Part shown: piece after piece, positions 26,913 through 35,707 of the stretch
How positions within the stretch are numbered: position 1 is the stretch's first letter
Layout of the letters: each line of letters opens with the position of its first letter
DNA from: Rhodothermales bacterium
Lineage (GTDB): Bacteria > Bacteroidota > Rhodothermia > Rhodothermales > JAHQVL01
Length of the DNA stretch: 64,000 nucleotides
Assembly: GCA_041391505.1 (NCBI GenBank)
Contig: JAWKNW010000006.1
Location: 192,354-256,353, forward strand
Reading direction: 5' to 3'
Translations under genes and position numbers: made by a program
Notes under the pieces: generated by a model
Told to the model about the DNA's origin: nothing
The model's input: the letters and a program-made list of their open reading frames with translations, nothing else
Databases searched by the model: none

Positions 26913-27141
26913 CCGGCTGGATCCTCAATCGGGCAAAAGGGGTGGGGTTTTGCATGATATGCATAAAACGGGTTCGATAACCTAAAAAAATAAAAGAAAT
27001 TATGATATATGGGGCAATAAAATGATGTCGAGGCGGCGGGCATGTGTTTCCTTTCGCCGGCGCGATGCGTCGCGTGTGGCATGCTGGCGGGAATTTCCGT
27101 AGACTGTTCGCCATCATCTGGACACCCTTTCCCACACCCGT

Positions 27142-28278
27142 ATGAAGCGCCTCGCGTCCGCCGGCCGGCTGCGCCGGCTGGCTCTATTCCTGGTTCTGCC
27201 CGCCCTCATGGCACTCTCCGGCAATCGCCCCGAATCCCCCGCGCCGCTGCGCATCGCCATCGTGGGGCTGGTCCACGGACATGTGAACGGCTTTTTGCGG
27301 GACGCCATGCAACGTTCCGATATCGAACTGGTCGGCGTGTACGACCCGGATCCGCGCCTGCTCGCCGAGCGCGGCGCCCGCTTCGATGTGCCGGAATCGA
27401 TGCGTTATACGGACCTCGCTACCATGCTGGATGTCGTTCGGCCCGAAGCGATTACGATCTTCACCAACACGTTCGATCACCGGCGCGTCGTGGAGATGGC
27501 GGCGGCCCGAGGCATCCATGCCATGATGGAAAAGCCGCTCGCCGTGTCGATGGAGCACGCCCAGGCGATACGCGATGCCGCGTATGCCGCCGGCATCCAT
27601 GTCCTCGTCAACTACGAGACGACCTGGTACGCGAGCAACCAGTTTGTGTACCGGCGCGTGATCGACGAAGGCGCGATGGGCGAGGTCCGCAAAATCGTCG
27701 TGCACGACGGGCACGAAGGGCCGCGAGAGATCGGGGTGGAGCGGGAATTTTTCGACTGGCTGACCGATCCCGAGCTGAACGGCGGCGGGGCGTTGACCGA
27801 CTTCGGGTGCTACGGCGCCAACCTGATGACCTGGCTGCGCAAGGGCGAACGCCCGATTGCGGTCACCGCCGTCCTCCAACACCTCAAAACGGACGACCCG
27901 GGGTACGCGCGGGTCGACGACGAAGCCAATATCCTGGTCGAGTACCCGGATGCCACGGGCATCATCCAGGCGTCCTGGAACTGGCCATTCGGCCGGAAGG
28001 ACATGGAGGTCTACGCCGAAACGGGCTACGCCATCGCGCTCGATGCCGACCGGCTTCGCGTCCGGCTGCCCGGCGAGGAAGAACAGCTCGCCCGGGGCGC
28101 CGGCCTGAAGGCCCCGTTCAACCACCCGCTGAGCTATCTGGCGGCCGTCGTGCGCGGCGAGATCCGCGTGGCGCCGCACGACCTCTCCTCGCTGGAGAAT
28201 AACCTCACCGTCACGGAAATCCTCGATGCCGCGCGCGTCTCGGCGGCTACGGGCCGGCGTGTGCTGCTGACTCCTTAA
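27142..28278 (+). CDS. Gfo/Idh/MocA family oxidoreductase (secreted)
   Basis: 378-aa ORF. Signal-like N-terminus. Rossmann motif IAIVGLVHGH. EKPLA motif (MMEKPLAVS). Confidence 0.85.
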   Translation: MKRLASAGRLRRLALFLVLPALMALSGNRPESPAPLRIAIVGLVHGHVNGFLRDAMQRSDIELVGVYDPDPRLLAERGARFDVPESMRYTDLATMLDVVRPEAITIFTNTFDHRRVVEMAAARGIHAMMEKPLAVSMEHAQAIRDAAYAAGIHVLVNYETTWYASNQFVYRRVIDEGAMGEVRKIVVHDGHEGPREIGVEREFFDWLTDPELNGGGALTDFGCYGANLMTWLRKGERPIAVTAVLQHLKTDDPGYARVDDEANILVEYPDATGIIQASWNWPFGRKDMEVYAETGYAIALDADRLRVRLPGEEEQLARGAGLKAPFNHPLSYLAAVVRGEIRVAPHDLSSLENNLTVTEILDAARVSAATGRRVLLTP

Positions 28279-28319
28279 TCCTTGCCGCGCAACACGATAC
28301 CGCGCAGACGTTCCCCCGC

Positions 28320-30194
28320 ATGCTAAAAGCAGCCTCCGGCGCGCGAAAGGCTCCTCATGGACCCCGCAAAAACCCGAACGAGCGCTCCTACGAGGAGATG
28401 GGTCTCAAGGAGCGCTTCGCGGCGCTGACCTACGTCCCTCCGTTTTTCAGATTGCTCTGGCAGGCCGGCCCCCGGCTCATGCTGGGCAACATGGCCCTGC
28501 GCATCGTCCGCTCCGCCATTCCCCTGGCCACGCTGTACCTGGGGAAGCTGATTATCGACGAGACGATCCGCCTGGTAAACGCCGGCGGGGGCGACATGAG
28601 CCGCATTTGGTATTACCTGGGGCTCGAACTGGCGCTGGTCGTCGTGTCCGACCTGATCGGACGTGGCATCGCGTTGATGGACGGCTTGCTCGGGGACCTG
28701 TTTACGAACGATATCTCGGTGCGGCTGATGCGCCATGCCGCGCAGCTCGACCTCATCCACTTCGAGGAGTCGACCTTCTATGACAAGCTCGAACGCGCAC
28801 GCCAGCAATCCTTTGGCCGGCATGTCCTGATGAGTCAGGTCTTCACGCAGCTCCAGAACATGTTGACCATCCTGTTTCTGGCCGCCGGCCTCGTAGCGAT
28901 GGCGCCCTGGCTCATCCTGCTCCTGCTCGTCGCGCTGGTGCCGGCGTTTCTGGGCGAGGCGCACTTCAATGCGCGGAGCTACAGCCTCATCCGCGGGTGG
29001 ACGGAGGAGCGACGCGAACTCGACTACCTGCGTTATGCCGGCGCAAGCAACGAGACCGCCAAGGAGGTCAAGATCTTCGGGCTGGCCGATTACCTGTCGA
29101 CCCGGTTTCAGGACATCGCCGATGCCTACTACCGGGCCAATCGCGAGCTGTCGGTTCGCCGCGCCGGCTGGGGCGGCCTGCTTGCCGTGGTCGGTACCCT
29201 CGGATACTACGCGGCGTACGGCATCATCATCTGGCGCACGGTCGCCGGCCAGTTCACCGTGGGCGACCTCACGTTCCTCGCCGGGGCTTTTTCCCGGCTG
29301 CGCGGGTTGCTCGAAGGGTTGTTGCTCAATTTTGCCTCCATCGTCGAGCGCGCGCTGTATCTCAAGGATCTCTTTGAGTTTTTCGAGATCAAACCGCTGA
29401 TCGTGGAAGCCGAAACGCCGCGCGCCGTGCCGGCGCCGATCGTGGAGGGATTCCGCTTCGAGAACGTCGGTTTCCGGTACCCGGGCACGGACGTATGGGC
29501 GGTCCGCGAGCTGGATTTTACGCTGCATGCCGGCGAAATCCTGGCGCTCGTCGGCGAAAACGGCGCGGGCAAGACGACGCTCGTCAAACTCCTCGCCCGG
29601 CTCTACGACCCGGACGAAGGCCGCATCCTGCTGGACGGTCACGACCTCCGCTCGTACGATATCGAAGCGCTCCGGCAACGCATCGGGGTGATCTTTCAGG
29701 ACTTTGTGCGGTACGATTGGACCGCCGGCGAGAACATCGCCGTCGGCAGAATCGAGCAGCGCGACGAAAGTGAACGGGTGGCGCGCTCCGCCGAAATGGG
29801 GATGGCGCGACCCGTCATCGACAAGTTGCCGGGCGGGTACGCCCAGATGCTGGGGCGCCGGTTTTCGGAAGGCGTGGAGCTCTCCGGCGGCGAATGGCAG
29901 AAAATCGCCCTGGCTCGCGCCTATATGAGAGATGCCGACCTCGTCATCCTCGACGAACCCACGGCCGCGCTGGACGCCCGGGCGGAATACGAAGTCTTCC
30001 AACGGTTTGCGCAGCTTACCGAAGGCAAGATGGCGGTGTTGATCTCCCACCGATTCTCGACCGTTCGCATGGCGGACCGCATCCTGGTCCTGGATCGCGG
30101 CCGGCTGATCGAGGAAGGCACCCACGAGCAATTGCTCGCGCTGGGAGGACGTTATGCCGAACTGTTCGGGCTCCAGGCGGAAGGATACCGCTAG
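28320..30194 (+). CDS. ABC transporter, fused permease/ATP-binding protein (MsbA-like exporter)
   Basis: 624-aa ORF. Six-TM N-terminal half. Walker A GENGAGKTT, signature LSGGEWQKIALARA, Walker B LVILDEPTA. Alternative ATG at 28398. Confidence 0.9.
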   Translation: MLKAASGARKAPHGPRKNPNERSYEEMGLKERFAALTYVPPFFRLLWQAGPRLMLGNMALRIVRSAIPLATLYLGKLIIDETIRLVNAGGGDMSRIWYYLGLELALVVVSDLIGRGIALMDGLLGDLFTNDISVRLMRHAAQLDLIHFEESTFYDKLERARQQSFGRHVLMSQVFTQLQNMLTILFLAAGLVAMAPWLILLLLVALVPAFLGEAHFNARSYSLIRGWTEERRELDYLRYAGASNETAKEVKIFGLADYLSTRFQDIADAYYRANRELSVRRAGWGGLLAVVGTLGYYAAYGIIIWRTVAGQFTVGDLTFLAGAFSRLRGLLEGLLLNFASIVERALYLKDLFEFFEIKPLIVEAETPRAVPAPIVEGFRFENVGFRYPGTDVWAVRELDFTLHAGEILALVGENGAGKTTLVKLLARLYDPDEGRILLDGHDLRSYDIEALRQRIGVIFQDFVRYDWTAGENIAVGRIEQRDESERVARSAEMGMARPVIDKLPGGYAQMLGRRFSEGVELSGGEWQKIALARAYMRDADLVILDEPTAALDARAEYEVFQRFAQLTEGKMAVLISHRFSTVRMADRILVLDRGRLIEEGTHEQLLALGGRYAELFGLQAEGYR

Positions 30195-30220
30195 GCCGTC
30201 ACGTAGTAGTTACCTCACCC

Positions 30221-31558
30221 TTGACCACGTTGAATCAACCATCCAGCCGCGCCAGCGCCGTCCGTCAACTGAACCGGATCGAGCTGGAGGGCGCCTCCAT
30301 CTCGGATGTCGGCGAAGCCGGCATCGACGCGCGCGACCACCGTCAGGTGCGCGAGTACGTCGCGGGCGTAACCCGCTGGCGTCGCTGGCTGGATTTTGTG
30401 CTGGGACAATACTATAGGGGCGACCTCTCGGCGATGGAGCCCACGCTCCGGCAGGTCCTTCGCGTCGGCCTTTACGATTTGCTGTTCCTGCACACCCCCG
30501 AACACGCCGCGCTGAACGAGGCGGTGCAGCTGGCCAAAACCCTCGTCCGGCCCGGCGCCGGCGGCCTCGTGAACGCCGTGTTGCGCAACGCCCAGCGCAA
30601 CCAGGATCGCCTGCCCGAACCCATCGAGGACGACCCGGCCGAAGCCCTCGGCATCCGCTATTCCCACCCGACCTGGATGGTGCGGCGGTGGCTCGATCGC
30701 TACGGGCGAAAAAGCACGATCGCGCTTCTCGAATGGAATAACACGCGCCCGGTTTATGCGCTGCGGGTGAACACGCTCAAGACGGATGTCGCGACGATGC
30801 TGGCCCGCTGCGAGGCGCTGGGCGTCCGGGTCGAGCCATCGCCTTATGTGCCCGAGGGCCTCCGCGTCGATGCGCTCCAGCCGCTCATCCGCGGCGGCGT
30901 GTTGAGCGAGGGGCTGTGCACGGTGCAGGACGAAAGCGCGATGCTCGTCGTTCATCTGCTGGATCCGCAACCCGGCGACCTCGTGGTGGATGTCTGCGCC
31001 GCGCCCGGGGGCAAGTCGTTTTTCGCGGCCTCGCTGATGCGCAACCAGGGCCGCATCGTCGCGGCGGACGTGCAGCCCGAACGGCTGAGCCGGCTCGAGA
31101 CGGGGATGAAGCCGCTGGGGATCTCGATCGTCGAGACCCGCGCCATGGATGCGGCGCAGCCGGATGCCGATCTGCGGGCGACGGCGGATCGGGTGCTGCT
31201 CGACGCGCCCTGCACGGGGCTGGGCGTGCTGGCCAAACGGGCCGATCTGCGCTGGAAACGCACTGAGGAAGAGCTTTCCCGCGTCGTTTCGTATCAGGCG
31301 ACACTCCTGGATGCGGCCGCCGAGATGGTCCGGCCAGGCGGCCTCCTCGTCTACAGCACCTGCACCATCGCGCCCGAGGAAAACGAGCAGCAGGTCGAGC
31401 GTTTTCTCAAACGCCACGACCAGTTTGTCCTGGAATCCGCCGGCGCGTTCGTCCCCGAAGCGCTCGTGAATCCCCTCGGTCACCTGGCGACGCTGCCCCA
31501 GAGACATGGCATCGACGGCGCCTTCGCCGCAAGGATGCGGCGAAGGATTAGCGAATAA
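30221..31558 (+). CDS. rsmB: 16S rRNA (cytosine-C5)-methyltransferase RsmB
   Basis: NusB-like N-terminal domain. SAM motif DVCAAPGGKS. Catalytic DAPCTGLGV and YSTCTI motifs. The start is uncertain (TTG at 30221 or 30230); the ORF-track start at 29894 overlaps the ABC gene and is rejected. Confidence 0.8.
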   Translation: MTTLNQPSSRASAVRQLNRIELEGASISDVGEAGIDARDHRQVREYVAGVTRWRRWLDFVLGQYYRGDLSAMEPTLRQVLRVGLYDLLFLHTPEHAALNEAVQLAKTLVRPGAGGLVNAVLRNAQRNQDRLPEPIEDDPAEALGIRYSHPTWMVRRWLDRYGRKSTIALLEWNNTRPVYALRVNTLKTDVATMLARCEALGVRVEPSPYVPEGLRVDALQPLIRGGVLSEGLCTVQDESAMLVVHLLDPQPGDLVVDVCAAPGGKSFFAASLMRNQGRIVAADVQPERLSRLETGMKPLGISIVETRAMDAAQPDADLRATADRVLLDAPCTGLGVLAKRADLRWKRTEEELSRVVSYQATLLDAAAEMVRPGGLLVYSTCTIAPEENEQQVERFLKRHDQFVLESAGAFVPEALVNPLGHLATLPQRHGIDGAFAARMRRRISE

Positions 31559-31700
31559 GGATTAGCGAATAAGGATTGGCGATCAAGGATTGCTGAGGGA
31601 TGACAAAGGGGCGACGAGCCGTACGGTCCTGATTCTCAATCACCATTCGCTAATCCTTGATCGCTAATCGCTAATCGTTAATCTTTATTCGCTAATCTCC
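31543..31700. repeat. 14-nt tandem repeat array plus its inverted copies, spanning the gap between convergent rsmB and the STAND gene
   Basis: AAGGATTAGCGAAT x2 (31543-31570), then degenerate units AAGGATTGGCGATC and AAGGATTGCTGAGG. Inverted copies are ATTCGCTAATCCTT (31645-58, perfect reverse complement), GATCGCTAATCG, CTAATCG and ATTCGCTAATCTCC (31687-700). Confidence 0.75.
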
Positions 31701-34700
31701 AGCAGATGCACGCCGCCCCCGGCGTCACCGAGGATGAGGACCTGGCCCTCGTTGGAAAACTTGCAGCTCGTGAGGGGGAAATCGGCATAGTAGGAGCCGG
31801 CCAGCTCCCGCGCGTCGAGATCCCAGATCCGTGCCGTATGATCGTCAGACACGCTTACGAGGTACCGCGCATCGGGCGAAACGGCCAGGTCGCGGATCTC
31901 ATCCGTGTGGCCGGCGAAGCGGAAGTCCTCCTCGCCGCTGGTGAGGTCCCAGAGCCGGATGGTGCGGTCTTCGGAGGCGGACAGGACCTGAAAGCCGACG
32001 GACAGGGCGTGCAGGTGCCGGATGGCCTGGGTGTGGCCACGCAGCTCCATTTCGGTGGTGCCGGCGAGCAGGCTCCAGGTCCGTATGGTGCCGTCGTCGG
32101 CGCCGGACACGATGCGCTGGCTGATGTCGGACACCTGCAGCGCGCGCACCGCGCCCCGGTGGCCGCGCAGGAGGTGGAGCAGCCGCCCGTCTTCGAGCGA
32201 CCAGACCCGCACGGTCGCGTCGACCGACGCGGAAACGATGTAACGGCTGTCCTGCGTGATGCGCACCGCCGTCACGCCGCCCTCGTGGCCGGCGAGGGTA
32301 TGCACGCGCTGCCCGTCCTCCATCCGCCAGACGATCAGGGCGCCGTCCTCCGAGGCGGAAACGAGGTGGTAGCCGTCCGGCGTGATTTGAACGGACCAGA
32401 CCCAGTCGGTGTGGCCCTCCAGCACGAAGTCGGCCCGTTCAGTCATCAGATTCCAGATGCGGATCGTGGTGTCGAACGACGCGGTCGCCGCCAGCCGGCC
32501 GCTCGGCGCGAAGGCGGCGTCCCAGATCCAGTCCCGATGCCCCTCGAATGTGGCGAGGCGCTGGCCGTCGCTGAGCCGCCAGACCCGCATCGTCTGGTCG
32601 TCGGAGACGGAGATGGCGTGCAGGTAGTCGGGCGAAACCCGGATGGCGCGCACGCTCTTCTCGTGCGTGTCCTGGTCCGGATGCCGATGCTGCGACGACA
32701 GGCTCCAGCGCTTGATGGCATGGTCGTCGGACGCCGAAAACGCGGTGTGCCCGTCCGGCGCGAGGGCGACGTGCCAGACCCAGTCGTCGTGCCCGGTGAA
32801 CGTCCGCACGATGGCGCCCGTGCGCAGATCCCACACGATGAGCGACTTGTCCTCGGACGCCGTCACGAGGGTCGACCCGTCGGAGGCGACGGCTACGGAG
32901 CGGACGGCGCCCTGGTGCCCTTTCAGCACCCGCACGATGTGGCCGGATGCGAAATCCCAGACGATCACGGTGCGGTCTTCCGAGGCGGAGACGATGTGCG
33001 AGCCGTCCGGCGTCACGGCGACGCCCCAGACCCAGTCCGTATGCCCCGGCAGCGTCCGCTCCACGACGCCGCGCGCGAGATCCCAGATCGTCACGGTGCG
33101 GGCGTCGGAGGCGGTCACGAGCCGTCGGCCGTCCGGGGTGATGGCCATCGACCAGATCTGCCGCTTGCCGGCGTCGATGGTGGCCCGCAGGATGCCGGAG
33201 CGGGCATCCCAGACGCGGATGGTGCCGTCTTCGCCGGCGGACAGGACGTGCCGGCCGTCGGGCATGACGGCCAGGCTCATGATGCGGCCTTCGTGATGGA
33301 TGAGTTGCAGCCGTTCCTCGCCGGATTCGAGATCCCAGATCCGGATGGTGCCGTCGTCGCTGCCGGAATAGGCCAGCGGCTGGTCGGGCGAGACGGCCAC
33401 GGCCTGCACGCCGGCTTCGTGCCCGTACAGGGTGCGCAGAAGCAGACCGGTATGAATGTCCCAGACCTTCACGGTCGCATCCTCGGACCCCGACACGGCG
33501 TAGCGGCCGTCCACCGTCACGGCGACGCTGCGCACCACATCGAGATGGCCGTGGTACGTGTCGAGCAGGGCGCTGCCGGGGGTGGTGAGGCTGGATTTGC
33601 GCGGTTCGAGCCAGAGCGCGCGACGGTCAATCCGCTGCCGGATCTGGTGGACGAAACGCTCGATAGCGACGATGTCGAACCGGTTCAGGCGGGCGATGAG
33701 CTGCGCCGGCAGCTGGCCGGCGTCGCGCGTCAGGGCGCGAGCCGAGAGCCAGAGGGCCTCCTGGACGAGCCGCAGGGTCTTGTCCTCGTGGAGCAGGGCA
33801 TAGTCGTCCTGCACGGTGGCCATGTCGGTAGCCCGCAGGGCCGCCTGGATCCAGTCGAAATCCAGCAGCAGGTCGCGCAGCGTATCGTGCTGGCGGGCCT
33901 CGACGAGATGGTAGCCGAGAAACCGGCAGATGTAGCCGTCGTCGCGGACGTCGTGCCAGGGCCGGCGTTTGGGGATGTAGCTGGCCAAAAATCGGCCATG
34001 GAGATCGACGAGGCGTTCGTCGAGCACGTCGCGGGCCAGCTGCACGAGCACATCCTGGATGACGACGGTCTGCGGATCGCCCCGGCGTTCGATGAGGCCG
34101 TAGCTCTCGAGGTCCTCGAAGGCGACGCGGCGGTCGTACGAGGTGAGGGAGGGATCGATGACGCGCCACGCGCGGTCGATGGCGGTTTCGGGGAGGGCGA
34201 TGCGGGGCTGGAAGAGGCCGAGGGCGAAAAACAGGTCGCGCCGCTCGGCCGGCACATACATCAGGTTGATGGTCGCGCAGGCGCGGAGCCGCGCATCGAG
34301 GTCGCCGGGATCGTCGACGGGCTGGCTGTCGAAGGTGGCGATCCAGTCGCCGGGCCGCATGCCCTTGCGGAGGATCGCGCCGGCGATGGCGAGCCCCATG
34401 GGGTTTCGCTGGAGCCGGTCCACGATGCCTTCGTGCAGCGGATGCGACTGGCCGGCGCGGCCCGCGATGAGCGCCAGGGCCTCGTCGGGCGTGAACGGCG
34501 GGCAGCCGAGGGTCGCGTCGGGCAGCCCCTCCGCAACCTGGGGATTGCGGGTGAGCAGGAGGGTCCGGCCGGGATGCCGGAGGGCCTTGAGTTCGAGCGC
34601 CTGGTGCAGATCCCACACATCGTCGAAGACCAGCAGGGTGGATTTGCGGCTCAGGGCCGTGACGATGCGCTCCATCGCGCTCTCCCGCGTGGCATATTCT

Positions 34701-35050
34701 TCCGATTGGTCGTCCCCGACGCCGGCCCCGATTCGCGCGAGCTGGTGCGGGAGGTCCATCGGCTTGGGCCCCATATCAACCCAGAAAACGCCGTCCCGGA
34801 ACGCGGAGCGGATGCCGGCGCCTTCGATGCATGCGCGGACGAGGCGGGTCTTACCCGATCCGATGGGGCCGGCGACGACGCGCACGTGGTCCGTGGGCGA
34901 TTGCCGGGGCTGCAACAGCCAGGATGACAGGGCGGCGACGGCGTCGGGCCGGCGCAGGACTTCGGCAGACCGCGGGGCGGCCGGGGGGCGGGGTATGGAC
35001 GGGGTGTCGTGCGCCTTCCTCTTCATGGTCGGGCCATCGCTGTGCGGCAC
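31685..35050 (-). CDS. STAND NTPase, NB-ARC (AP-ATPase/Apaf-1-like) domain + 14 WD40 repeats
   Basis: 1121-aa ORF (GTG at 35050, alternative ATG at 35026). Walker A GPIGSGKT, Walker B LLVFDDVWD, LLLTRN, and MGLAIAGA (GLPLA-like). There are 14 WD40 units, each ending in an x-W-D/S/R dipeptide (VKVWD, IRIWD, IRVWD, VTIWD, VIVWD, LIVWD, IKRWS, MRVWR, IRIWN, LIVWR, VRVWS, IRTWS, IRLWD, ARIWD). Confidence 0.9.
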   Translation of the reverse strand: MPHSDGPTMKRKAHDTPSIPRPPAAPRSAEVLRRPDAVAALSSWLLQPRQSPTDHVRVVAGPIGSGKTRLVRACIEGAGIRSAFRDGVFWVDMGPKPMDLPHQLARIGAGVGDDQSEEYATRESAMERIVTALSRKSTLLVFDDVWDLHQALELKALRHPGRTLLLTRNPQVAEGLPDATLGCPPFTPDEALALIAGRAGQSHPLHEGIVDRLQRNPMGLAIAGAILRKGMRPGDWIATFDSQPVDDPGDLDARLRACATINLMYVPAERRDLFFALGLFQPRIALPETAIDRAWRVIDPSLTSYDRRVAFEDLESYGLIERRGDPQTVVIQDVLVQLARDVLDERLVDLHGRFLASYIPKRRPWHDVRDDGYICRFLGYHLVEARQHDTLRDLLLDFDWIQAALRATDMATVQDDYALLHEDKTLRLVQEALWLSARALTRDAGQLPAQLIARLNRFDIVAIERFVHQIRQRIDRRALWLEPRKSSLTTPGSALLDTYHGHLDVVRSVAVTVDGRYAVSGSEDATVKVWDIHTGLLLRTLYGHEAGVQAVAVSPDQPLAYSGSDDGTIRIWDLESGEERLQLIHHEGRIMSLAVMPDGRHVLSAGEDGTIRVWDARSGILRATIDAGKRQIWSMAITPDGRRLVTASDARTVTIWDLARGVVERTLPGHTDWVWGVAVTPDGSHIVSASEDRTVIVWDFASGHIVRVLKGHQGAVRSVAVASDGSTLVTASEDKSLIVWDLRTGAIVRTFTGHDDWVWHVALAPDGHTAFSASDDHAIKRWSLSSQHRHPDQDTHEKSVRAIRVSPDYLHAISVSDDQTMRVWRLSDGQRLATFEGHRDWIWDAAFAPSGRLAATASFDTTIRIWNLMTERADFVLEGHTDWVWSVQITPDGYHLVSASEDGALIVWRMEDGQRVHTLAGHEGGVTAVRITQDSRYIVSASVDATVRVWSLEDGRLLHLLRGHRGAVRALQVSDISQRIVSGADDGTIRTWSLLAGTTEMELRGHTQAIRHLHALSVGFQVLSASEDRTIRLWDLTSGEEDFRFAGHTDEIRDLAVSPDARYLVSVSDDHTARIWDLDARELAGSYYADFPLTSCKFSNEGQVLILGDAGGGVHLLEISE

Positions 35051-35180
35051 GGTTGGGGTATTTGAACGGTAAGCTCACAAGATCGGAAGGGAGACGCCGG
35101 CGGACCATGGCGGTTTAGCGCATCCGGGGCGGGTCTTTTGCGCGTGTGACGACACAGGTGAGCTCTGGACGATTACCCCT

Positions 35181-35648
35181 TTATCCCATCCGCTCCATCA
35201 CCATCGCTATGACGCGGCGGTAGACGGGATGGAAGCGGTCGACGTCGTCCTCGAGGGGGTGCCAGAAGTATTCGAACAGCAGGCCGGCCTCGGCCACGCT
35301 GCCCACCGCCCGATGCGCCCACCGTTCAGGCAGGTCGCTACCGGGGTCGATCAGGTAGATATGCCACCGCTGCCACTGGTTTTCGGTGAACGTGGCGGTG
35401 CCGGCGAAGACCTCCCAGTCGAGCTCGCCGATCTTGGCCACAATCCGGCCGGTGGCAATGCCCGACTCCTCCTCGAGCTCGCGCAGCGCGGCCTGCGCGG
35501 CGGTTTCCCGCAGCTCCACACTGCCCTTGGGGAGCTGGTAGCCGGCGTAGGGGTGCTTGAATGCCAGAATACGCCCATCCCTGACGACACAGGCGCAGGC
35601 TTTGAGCACCATCTTGCTCCAGTCTCTGTCTGGTTCGTCAAACATCAT
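35181..35648 (-). CDS. NUDIX hydrolase
   Basis: 155-aa product from the ATG at 35648 (MMFDEP...). Perfect Nudix box GSVELRETAAQAALRELEEESGI (G-x5-E-x7-REUxEExGU). Confidence 0.85.
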   Translation of the reverse strand: MMFDEPDRDWSKMVLKACACVVRDGRILAFKHPYAGYQLPKGSVELRETAAQAALRELEEESGIATGRIVAKIGELDWEVFAGTATFTENQWQRWHIYLIDPGSDLPERWAHRAVGSVAEAGLLFEYFWHPLEDDVDRFHPVYRRVIAMVMERMG

Positions 35649-35707
35649 TAGCCCTGGCGGTTCTCCGCAGTGTTTTCCGTGGGGTGCGTCGGCGAGCGCC
35701 GCGCCCT

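Noticed and set aside
29894-30220. Upstream extension of the rsmB ORF (554-aa version in the track)
   Set aside because: It overlaps the 3' 300 nt of the ABC transporter gene in another frame and translates to Arg/Pro-rich sequence. Homology-like sequence (the NusB-type domain) begins only after 30221.
31543-31700. Short tandem repeats that might be mistaken for a CRISPR array
   Set aside because: The units are only 14 nt and directly abut each other with no unique spacers. They decay in sequence and are mirrored by inverted copies. No cas genes are in the window.
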